DNA from: Utricularia gibba
Lineage: Eukaryota > Plantae > Magnoliophyta
Length of the DNA: 64,000 nucleotides
Assembly: GCA_002189035.1 (NCBI GenBank)
Contig: NEEC01000017.1
Coordinates: 1,426,001-1,490,000 of the forward strand
Direction: 5' to 3'
Numbering within the stretch: position 1 is the stretch's first letter; every line of letters starts with the position of its first letter. The position numbers and the translations under genes were made by a program. Under the pieces are notes generated by a model that did no database searches, was not told where the DNA came from, and saw only the letters and a list, made by a program, of their open reading frames with translations. Below, piece after piece: positions 40,698 through 51,978 of the stretch.

Positions 40698-41965
40698 TTA
40701 ACAGCAACTTCCTGAAGCAGCGTCAGGTTGTGGAGGTTTCTGCTTAAAGATGTTCTTTTTCACGCTTGCTGTGCCCTCAGCCAAGAGGCTTGGTGTCTCC
40801 AGAACCTGAAGAGCGTCAGCACGTACACCAGTTCAGAAAGAAGTCCAGTGTTTTAACAACTGGGTGGGATATTAAGCAAGAAGTGTAGGAGAATGAGCCA
40901 CCGACTGGCCTGGCCAGTCCGATGCAGGTTTTCCATGAAAAATACCTTCAGAACAAGCTCCTCAAAGCACTGCTCCACATTGACTCTAGTCTTTGCACTG
41001 CACTCAATAAAGAGGCAACCGTTCTGCCTTGCAAGATCAATCCCCTCCTTTTTACTCACAACCCTTTCGCCTTCCTGCAAGGAGGAGAAAGGGCTTGTTG
41101 ACTTGGTCAGTTGTGGGAAATCGTGGATTGAATTTTGAGATTTTGAAGGCATTTCAATGATCTCAGAATGCACAAGTTAACCTTATCAACTTTGTTTCCC
41201 ACAAGCATCTTGATGCAATCTTGATTTGTTGAGTAAAGGTCTATTTCCTTGGCCCAAATATCTGATAGATTCGTGAAAGTGTCTCGCCGGGTGACATCAT
41301 AAACTGCACCACAGACAGAATGGTTAAACTTGTCTCTGAAAGAATGACTTCAAGGATTAAAACAAAAAAAAAAAAAAAAGGTGAAAGCAAACCCATGATG
41401 ATTCCTTGAGCCCCTCTGTAGTACGAACTAGTCAAAGTCCTAAACCTTTCCTGCCCAGCTGGAACAAATACATCAGAACAACAAAAGTGAATGAAAAAAA
41501 TTATGAACAGGAAACAGAAAATTCACCCAAGGAAGCAAACCAAGAGTACACGGGGCTTGCTTATAGCCTATATTTCGAGTCTAAAGATGCTGGACATCAC
41601 AGAAAACATGGATCTTTAACCAGAATCAACCCACAAACAAGAGAACACATAATCGATCGTCATGTGTCCCAATCTTACCAGTGTCCCATATAGCAAGCTT
41701 CAATTTCTTCCCCCCAGCAGTAACATACTTTACTTTAAAATCCACACCTTCACCAAAAGTAGGTTGTTTAAAGGTAAGCAGAAGCGAGAGTATAAAAAGA
41801 TGAGGAGGGACATAGAGATACCGTACCGATAGTGGGAGAAAGCTCTTCGAAGGTATCAGACGTAAAGCTGAGTAAAAGAGTGCTCTTTCCAACGCCAGAA
41901 TCGCCAATCATTAACAACTTGAACAAATAATCGAATTCCCCGGCTGCTCCTGAAGATGATTCCAT
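40698..41965 (-). CDS. RABC1: Rab GTPase RabC1 (Rab18-like), 6 exons, intact
   Basis: [71 protein letters not shown]-terminal GSCC* prenylation motif. Confidence 0.95.
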
Positions 41966-42993
41966 TATCCTCTCCGACTCCGAAATCCTTCCCACTCTAA
42001 AGAAGCAATCAACGAACTCAGTTATTGATCTTCAACGCCACTCCAACAACCACCAAATAGAAAAGGTTAGGTGACCTAAAACTGAATTAACGCGAATTTA
42101 AACGCAGATCAGCTGCACCCAGAAACCGAAAAAGCGTTTTCGGATCGTCAAAATCGTGAACTGATCAAGTGTAGAGAAAGCAACCAGAACAACGACAACA
42201 GGACGACAAAAATCTAGAGACTCAGAACCACATCGGATCTTGACCTTCGTCGTCCGGGTTCAAGATATTTTGTATTGGGCCTGGCCCATGTTCACTGCCG
42301 AAATATGAATTTAATATAGAATAATACTAATAATAATTTCTATACTCACGATAAATTTTGGACACGTTTGACTGTCGACATATAATTTTATTTTTCTTTA
42401 ATAAAAGTAATTTCCCCATTTCATGAATTATAATAAAAAAATTCAATAATCAAATATTTTTAATCAAACACAAATAACAAATTTTCATCTTTACACCAAA
42501 ATAACCTAAATTTCAATAATCCAAACCATGCTAACCCTAAAAAGGAAAAGGGGGTACATAGGGGAAAAAAGGGTGAGTAAATGCATGATGAAGGTGAAGT
42601 TCGAAAAGGTGTTTTAAGATTCACAGAAGAGATGGATGGAATACATCATCATATATGCACAATCAAATATTCGAAGTGGAAGTGGAAGCAGAGGGGAGTT
42701 TCCGGCAGGCCACCCTTTGTGGTCCGATGGAGCTCCGATCGCTGGATCAGTCCCACTTTGTGCTTGAAAACTGGTTAGATACACACAGACAAGCAGCAGA
42801 GGTAATCTAACAATTTAACCAACGCAAGTTACAATCTCAAAGTGTTCCTATCTTGAGCCAACCGACGAGCCTTTCATCCTTGTTCTGCTGTGCATTACTC
42901 TCTTTTCTACCCAGGGGGGACTGCAAGAGTTTTGAAGCTGCACAAACAGCTTCTGTGTGTAATGCACTGCAAGAGTGGTGGCCGGGCGGGGTA

Positions 42994-45900
42994 TCAGGGT
43001 GATGGCTTCCAATCAAAATGAAAGTTATTGAAGCCATTTGCTGCACCAAGACCATTGAGGAGCTGCAGCTGGTTGCTCATATCTTGCTGCTGTTGTGAAC
43101 TGATGCCCTGATCTCGTGCAATTCCCAAGCCAACTCCCCCTCTCATAGGCACCGGATGGTTACCATGCACAGACTGAATGCCATTTACCATTGCTGAATG
43201 GCCGAGGCCATTTCCCCTGCTCCCGAACCCTGTGTTGCCATTCGTTACACCAGTCCCCACAAGTACATTGCCACTGCTCATCACTGGGTTGACACTTGAT
43301 GATAAAATTCCATTTGCATTTTTCACATCACCACCCATTGTTTCCATTCCCATCATACCATTTCCATTGAACTGCGAAGACATCATCAGGTCATGTATTA
43401 TTTTCTGAACGGAGCTTTGTGTATCATTTGTATCTGCATCACTAAACAAAGCAGGCTGCGGCACTGAGACATTAGGCAAACTTGCCGAGTTCACATTAGC
43501 TCCTGATAAGCTACTGTAAGTAGTTGGTTGTGGGTTATTAGATGAGGATGGAGCTGGGGACTGGAAGGGAGACACTGAGAGCTGACCTTGTTGCAAATTG
43601 GTTGAAGAACCCGGAGATGGCATATGAACACCATTACCTCCATAAGAACCATTAGCACCAGGGATTGGTCTAGAATTCATTGAGTTTTGATGAAGAACGC
43701 CAGCAGCATTACTAGAAGCAGAAGACGAGGATGCTGGATTCAAATTGTTGTTGATGCCCTGTGTGCCTGTGGCAGCTGGCAGCTGCATATTTGGCGCCTG
43801 GGCAGGATTATCACCATTTGAATTTTGAAGCCCTGCTTGATGCTGCTCTGGCTGGTGTGGGGGACCCTCGGGCACTCGAGGTGCTTGAAATGTGGATGGA
43901 GAGTTTGTCCTTCTTGGAAACTTGGTCAAGCTCTCTGAATCAAAAATAAAGGCAGGTTACAACAGTTAAAAATATTCCCTTCCATGTAAAATACCATGGA
44001 ATAAAACAAAATGCATAATTCCTGCCTTCCTGGGAAGAATAGGTATAGTTGAAGATGCCCAAGAATAACAAGAATGCACTAAGTTATCACTCACCCATAG
44101 GACCTGCACCCATTTCACGACTATAATCAATAAGGTCTTTCATGCTGTTCACCACTTCTGATATCTGTTTCCCAACAGGAAAAATACGATGTCAGTCATC
44201 AGCTAGGGATTAATTGAACTAAGCTCAGATGTACTAAAAGGTGGATCGTGACATGGAATAGAAGGATGCCGTGCTTCCCATTGTTCTTCAGGAAAAATCA
44301 GATTACCTGCAAGCATCTGACGTATCTCTTTGTATATCCCAAGTCATTTACCAATGGAACTTCCAAGGCTTTGGCCAGCTGACGAGCAGAGGCAACGAAC
44401 CTGAGGAAAAAAACCAAAAGGCAGCTTTTGGTAGTGGATTTCTTAATTTAAGATAGGAGAAACCAATCCTGGACACGAAAAAGACGTATAAATATCACTC
44501 AGTTCTTTTAGAAGACTCAGAGGAACAGGAAAAAAGGCCTTTGACCAGGATAACATTTTAAGGATAAAACGTGGTCATGATGTCAACGGAAAGCTTCTCC
44601 CATATACTCACATATTGCAGCTGTTCTGTAAATCAGATACAGATGGTCCAGTTGATGCATTCTGGGTAGCAGCAGCCTGGTATTTCTGGGCTGCAGCTCC
44701 AAGTTGGCCTACCTACAATCACCCGTTACATGAAACATGAGGCTATAAAAATATAAAATTTGTTCATCATTATAATTATAAGCCTTATTTCAAACCTGTG
44801 GAATCAACAATCTTCTAGGAATAAGCTCTTCATGACGCCGTGCACAGAACTCCCATGAGCATATCTACCACGAGCAAGTGCCATGTATTAGCCATGCCAT
44901 TGTAGAAACCCAAAAACAAATACATAGAGTTTATCATGGTACCTTAAGATCAGGAGAGAACACAATTCGAAGATGACCCTCGCGAACTACACGAAGCTGC
45001 TCAAAGACACTCTCCTGTAAGGCTTTTGTATAATCTAGGACAATTTGCCCTGAAGGATTCTGATACTCTCGGGGCATATCAACGTATAAAAGTTCTTCTA
45101 CAGTTCCACTTTCATATTTTATTTTGAAGAGTCTTGGTAGAACCTCGTAAGTTGCCTCTGGAGAAAAGACACTAATTAAAATGACATACAGCTTGTTTAA
45201 CAGCAATATGAAAAGTGGTCATCAGGCATGAAGAATTAAATGAACATGAGCCAATAGCAAAGATTTACAAGGAATCAATGCAGCACATTAGATGTAAGAA
45301 AATATATGTCAGGAAACACACCAAATCCACGGCCAGGCTTGCGATTGCAGATCTCACAATGCCAGACGTCCTGCACAAACCAACAAATGCGAACATTTAA
45401 AAGCAAGGCATTGACTCGAAAAAATGAATACCAGCGAGTCTGAGGTGAGCAGCATCTTTTATTTCCAAAACACACAGTTACACCAGCTCTGTCACCAACA
45501 TTTATAATGAAATACATAGAGTGGGCAGAGGAAACTAAGAGTTATTACTGAATGCAATCAACAGACCTGGGGAAAAACACCATAAGTTTGGCGACCACTT
45601 CCATACAATGACACACACCACTTCTTCTTGGCATTTGGCGCAAAATATTCAGCAACAAATTTTCTCCAAAATTCAATGTTGTTGTCCTGAATGAATTACA
45701 TGATCGAAAAAAGTAGAAGTTAATGATACTCGGAAACATCACAATGCACTTAATCTAAATTTCTGGAAAAAAAGGAAAAGAATCATTTCGTGTTAGCATC
45801 ATACCTCAGGCCTGTGCTGTTGTTGATACATGTAATGAGTTAGCCGCCGAGCACACATTCCAGGTTCATACACTTGTTTAACTGGTGATCTCAGAGGCAA

Positions 45901-46818
45901 ATTCTGTGGTGGAAATTGTTGCTGTATAGGGGACCTCTGATGAGGAATCGTCTTCAGAAACTGCTGCTGTTGCTGATGCTGCTGCTGCTGCATCTGCATC
46001 ATCCGCTGCTGATGAAACATTTGTGCAGCAGCAGCAGCCTGGGGAGACTGTCGAGACATGAGGAGCTGTTGCTGCTGCTGCTGCAAGAACAGAGATGGGT
46101 CGGAATGCTGTGGTTCCATTTTGACAGCTCCCAGACTTCGCATGCTTTGCAGTTGCTGTGGCTCCAGTTTTACAGGTCCAATATTCCTCAGAGCTTGGAG
46201 ATGTTGTGATGTTTGGTCGTTCATGGATTGTGGCTCCAATTTCACAGGTCCTACACCTCCCAATGCAGATCTCGTTGATTGAAATTGTTGCTGTTGCTGC
46301 TGCTGTAGCATGCCATTTGGAACAGAAAACGGTTGCTGACTATGCTGGGAATTCTGCTGATCAAGGTGTTGAAGTTGTTGCTGTTCACTCAAAACCTGAC
46401 CGCCCAATGTATTTGAGAACTGTTGTTGTCCAAGAACTTGCCCAGATGAATTTGAGCTGGCAACTACAGGCGATGAGATATAAGAAGAGGAAGGACTGTT
46501 AAATCCCATCACATTTCCAACGCCTGAAAGTGGAACTGATTCTACCCCACCATCAATAAGACCTCTCTGGGAGCTCCCATGACCAGAACCGGGAACTCCA
46601 TTTCCAAATGGTTGGTGAAGCAAAGATGACACATTGGAAGCATTTCCAAGCATATTCATACCCGCAAACTGACTTCGAGGTGACACAAGTGAAGGGAATG
46701 CATTTTGCGAAGGAATTCCACCACCTTGTCCACCCAACATTCCCGAATTTGATCTCAAAAGAGAAGGGGTAACTGACTGAGTCCCATTGAGTGGAGGCGG
46801 AGGCCCTTGTGGGACCAT
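42994..46818 (-). CDS. SEU: Transcriptional corepressor SEUSS (LIM-binding/LDB domain, poly-Q), 9 coding exons, intact
   Basis: MVPQGPP...LLRSNSG, VYEPGMCARRLTHYMYQQQHRPE/DNNIEFWRKFVAE, WHCEICNRKPGRGFE, LFKIKYESG, NDLGYTKRYVRCLQISEVVNSMKDL, C-terminal FDWKPSP. Confidence 0.95.
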
Positions 46819-49788
46819 TTCAACACGGATTTCAGAACCAGGTGTATACCTCGGAAACCGTACTCAGAATACTCCACCTATCCCACTTCTAAATGGCATC
46901 ACTAAAATCCTTGCCACACAAAGAGGACACCGAAACTTACTAGAATGGGGAAAAGCAACAGAATAAAGCTCATATGAAGTGACAAGAGCTACATCCATCA
47001 GCTAACATCGTATATTTTGTCCCTCCGCAATCGAAGAAGCAATCTTTCACAGCCTTTCGCAAAACGCGGCAGAAAATAGTCAACTGCAGTCAAGTATTTC
47101 TCATTCAGGCATAATAAAAAAACACAAAAGCCAACTAGGTTTATCAGAAGGCAGAAAAAAAAGACAGCAACTCCTAATACAAATGTCCAAGAAAAATATT
47201 CCCTAACGATAATGTTCAAGAAATAAAAGGCAAGAAAACCAGTTCCTACTTCCCAGCATCAAAACACCGGAGACAGGAAAATTAATGCAACTAACCGAAG
47301 AATAATTAAATAACGTTCGAATAATCCAATTTAATTGAAAAGCATCGCAACCGCAAAAACGACAAACGGATTGAACACCCCCAAATTGAAACGATACGCT
47401 CATCCAAAAGAAAAGCCCCCCTCCAGCAGCACAACTCAACCACAAGAAAAAAGCCCTAGCCGAAAAATCGGGTACTTACAGAAACTTCGAACAACTGATT
47501 CCTCCAAGTCACAAAAATAGCTGCGCCCTCTTAACTATTCACTCCTCCTGAACGAGTCAATATGCAAAAAAAAAAAAACTCAGTTCACACCAGCCCATCC
47601 CATAAATCCAGCGACGCAGGCGCAATTCCAACTACACTGTATTCAGAAACACAGCTCCTGAAAGCAAACAGCGACAGAATTGGTGTTGGAACTCAACCTT
47701 TTTTCCTTAGAGAGAGATAGCAGAGCAGAGAGAAGCCAGCAGAGTTTTATGGGATTTTATATGGCGGACGTCAAAAATCCATTATATTGGATTGAATCTT
47801 GTTTTCTCGTTACATTCTCTCTCCGAGTCATTTTTTATTTTTTTTCCCTTTTTTGTTTTCTAGGACACCTCATCTTTTTAGGTTATTTATACAATTAATT
47901 TTTTTATTATCGAAACACTATTTTTTTATTATTAAAAAGAGATGCAACACTTCTATTGTGCATCACCCATCCTAATACTACTTTAGTTCAAACATGTTTA
48001 ACTTCAAATTTTCGATGAGATTGGATGCAGTAATAAAACACTAATATTTGTTGTAGAATTTCCATAATAAAATTTCCCTAATTCTTTTTTTCATTTCCCT
48101 AAATCTTATTATGTCACCTTTTACCACATAAAAAAAAAATATACAGCATCTCAATTAGATTTTGTTTTTCAAAAAAAAAATCACATTTTCAAAATATTGG
48201 TGCATTTTATTTCAAAGAATAATGAGTTTTAATAACAATAATAATAATAATTATTATTATAGTTAATAATATGTTTAGAATAATTTTTTCTTTTGAAAAA
48301 ATGATTCATAAATTATTTTTTATTAAATACGAATGATTTATATTTTAAAAATAAAAAAAATACATATTTAAAAAATAGAACCTACTTTGATTGGATCAAG
48401 TCATCTTCAATAAAGAACAACATGTATTATTATTATTAGTTCTTGTATAATAGAATAAAGATCTATTTAAAAATAATTTTATTATCAAATATAAACGAGG
48501 ACTTAATGTTTTTTAACGAAGTTAGAGATATACAAGTTATGTTTTATTAGAAATCATAATTCAACTCAACCACACAGAATTAATAATAAAAATATAATAA
48601 TAATAATTAATAAGAATGGTATTTGATAATAAGGATGCAAGTTAGATGTGTAATGAAGCATGGGAGGGGGAGGGGGAGGGGGTTGGTGGTCTTGGTCATC
48701 AATGGGCGCGGTTGTGATGTCACATTCAAAATTGAATTATGAATCCTGCTCGTAGGTTAGGCCCAAGCCGGTGCTTGATTGGGTGTTATCTTTTAATTAC
48801 TCTCCATTAATGATGGATTATGGATTCCATTACATTATTTAAATCTCTAACTTGCTTCACAATTCACATCCCCCTCCCTCCCTCTTATGAATCAATCAAC
48901 TCAAATTGGGTTTGGAATTTCGTATCTTTTATTAGAGTTTTTTATGAATTGAATCGTTGATATTTCGTATTAGAACTATAGGGATGTGATTAAAAATTTA
49001 TAAGATAAGATATTTTAAGGTGAAATTATCACATAATTGTTTGATTAAATTTAAATCTTTAGTATTAAATATGAATGATTTATGTTTTATAAAATTTAAT
49101 TTTTCATTTTTAAAAAGTTGAATAATCTTATTTTTAAAATATTTTCAAAATCACTTATTAAAAGATATTTCTTGAGAATTTACATCAAAATATAGTCCAA
49201 CAAGTCTATAAAATAGTCCAGATCAATTTCCTAGAACATGTGGTGAGGCTTTCAAGAAGAGGTTCATGCCATTTATAAAACTAAAAACAAGGCACTGATT
49301 TGAGATCTGCTGCCTCAAAATAAGGGAGCCCCTTTGTGATCCTGGCTCCAGTCCTGAGATTTTCAGAGACATGGTTCCCCTTCTGCAATGACAAAACATT
49401 GAAAATACTTGTATGATTCGCAAGGAAAGACATGCATAAGCTCCACCCCGCTTGCAGATCTTCATCTGGAATAAAATCCAGTTGGTTTAATCTGCAAAAA
49501 GGAAGATTGGCTTGCCTGATCATGGTGATGCATTTTCATGCCTAGGTGACAACGCCTTGGTAGAAAAAACAAGGGACTGCTTGTGTGGCTTGGCAGAGTA
49601 TTCAGGAATGAATAATGCCACTTTGAATTGGAGTTACCTCATGTTTTGATCCAGCAATAGCGGCAAGAAGTCATCTCTGCCTGTTCAACATTCTCCTTGC
49701 TAGCTCAAGAAGGCATCTCCTATCTGAACCATGTGTATAATAAGGATAACAATTTTTGGGTGCCATGATCGATCTCTTGACAGTTAGC

Positions 49789-51433
49789 CTATTGAAGTAC
49801 TTGGGAACTTGAAAGAGTCCGTGCATCAGAAACAAGTGAACTGAATCCACGTAATTTTTCAGTGCCTTTAGCTGACAATGTAACTCGCATTCCTTCAGCC
49901 TTCTCCCATCTTTCTGCTGCTGCATATATGCTGGATAGTAGCACATAATTAGGGTCTTTCAGTAAGTGTGGATTCATCTCCCTCACAAGTTCAAATAACT
50001 TTTCTGGGATCGTTGTATCAGAGTGAATACGGCATGCTCCAAGCAAGGCCCCAAGAACTGTTTCATTAGGAGATACCGGCATTGTACTGATCAATTCAAA
50101 AGCATCCTGTAGTTTACCAGCTCGACCTAACAGATCAACGAGACAGCCATAGTGCTTGATGTTGGCTGTCACTCCATATCTCTTCATCTTGAAGAATATC
50201 GATAAACCTTCTTCGACATAGCCTCCATGTGCACAAGCAGATAAAACAGCCAGGAAAGTTATGCTGTCAGGTTTTACTCCTGATGACTCCATTCTGTGCA
50301 ATAACTCAATGGCTTCACTACATTTCCCGTGAATGGAAAATCCAGTTATCAAACTATTCCAAGTGGTGCAACTTTTTGCAGTCATCCCATTGAAGATCAG
50401 TGAAGCATTTCCTAGATCACCACATTTTCCGTACATGTCCACTAATCCATTGAGAACAAATTCATTCATTTGAATTCCCTTCTGCAGAATCATCTCATGA
50501 ATTTCTTTACCAGCATCTAACATTCCTGATTGAGCACAAGCTGATAGAATGCTTGCGGATGTGACCTCATCTGGCTCAAATCCTTCTGCCTGCATTCTCC
50601 TGAAAGCATCGAGTGCTTCCTTACACCTTCCATTTTGAGCGTACCCAGAGATCAATGCGTTCCAATTCACCAAATTCCTGAAATCCATCCCATCAAAAAT
50701 GTCTCTGGCTTTCACTACGTCCCTTTTTTTGAAATACCCTGTCATCATTACAGACCAGACATGAAAATTCTTTACCGGCATCATGTCAAAGTGTTCTCGA
50801 GCTGATTCCATATCCCATTGTGCACGTAGCCGTCAACCATTATAGTCCAAGTGACCACATTCTTCAACTCGTTAGGAATTCTCTCAAAAGCCCATTTTGC
50901 CATTGCCATATCCCTGTTTTTAGCATACCCGTTGATCATCTTGTTCCAAGTGATGGATGTCCTTTTGGGCATTCTCTGAAATAAATCCCACGCAAGCAAA
51001 GTATTTCCTTGCTTCATGTATCCCCAATCATGGCGTTCCAAGTTACCACATTCCTTTGAGGCATAACGTCGAACACCTTCCTCGAGCTAATAAGATCCCC
51101 ACATTTACCGTACATATCGACCAAAGAAGTACCCACCATCACATTACTTCCCACGCCATGCTTGACGATCTCTGAGTGCAGAATCTTCCCAAAAACAATC
51201 ATACCAAGCGAAGCGGAAGCCTTGAGAACTAACGGAAGGGCGGCGACCACGAAGCTTCCATCTCCACGTTTACGACGATATATAGAGATCGCTTCTTCAT
51301 AGTTCTTCTCCGAAACACACTGTCTTACAGCGTAAGACCAGAATGATGATGATGATTTATCAAAGATCCCCAATTCTTCCTCGTGTCCTTTTTCAAGGGC
51401 TACCATCATCATGCAACAATAGCTGGCTAACAT
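49789..51433 (-). CDS. PLS-class (E-subgroup) pentatricopeptide repeat protein, intronless, split by two apparent 1-nt deletions (51022-51025 and 50814-50816)
   Basis: Three consecutive ORFs with P/L/S motifs (SLVDMYGKCG, NVVTWNAMI, WNALISGYAQNG, TFLAVLSACAHGG, HYGCLVDLLGRAG, YVLLSSIYAAAERW) joined by -1 shifts in G runs. Confidence 0.9.
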
Positions 51434-51978
51434 GAAAACCCTAACCTCATCTTGCCAGAACCTTCTCCCGGCGACGGCGGTCGGCTGAAGGATTACCCCA
51501 TTTTTAAACTGGAATTTTACTTTTACGATTCGTACGTGATTCGTTCCGCCAACAAAGGAAAGGAGCCACTCATTGTTTTTGTTTCCCCTTCGTCTCTTTA
51601 TGAATCAGAGAGACAGAGAATCCTTACTAAATTGAATGACCAAACTCAGCTAGTGACACGTTCCTGTAGCAACTTCTTCTCGGGATCAAGAATCGTGAAA
51701 ATCCACTGGCCAAATTTGATGAAAAGAGTATAGAACACGGCCACAACGATACCGATCAGCAGCAGATGCGTATTACTTTTGACCCCGAAGCATGAAAATC
51801 CACTGGCCAAATTTGATGGTTTCATCACTTCGCACAGGCCACAAGTAACATTGTTAATCAGTCATGGTTCTTCAATACTTCCCAGAAAAAGAATGTGCAG
51901 TTCTAAATTGAAAAGTTGGGATATACAAAGGTTCAAGTAACTGATGGGTCGCTCTATCACACACCCCAGGACTGTAAC

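Noticed and set aside
45960-46400. CAG/CAA repeat tracts in SEUSS
   Set aside because: Poly-Q stretches are a normal feature of SEUSS proteins.
49223-49780. Short minus-strand ORFs downstream of the PPR gene
   Set aside because: Some acceptor-like sites are present, but no coherent spliced ORF or recognisable domain; they cannot be supported as a gene.
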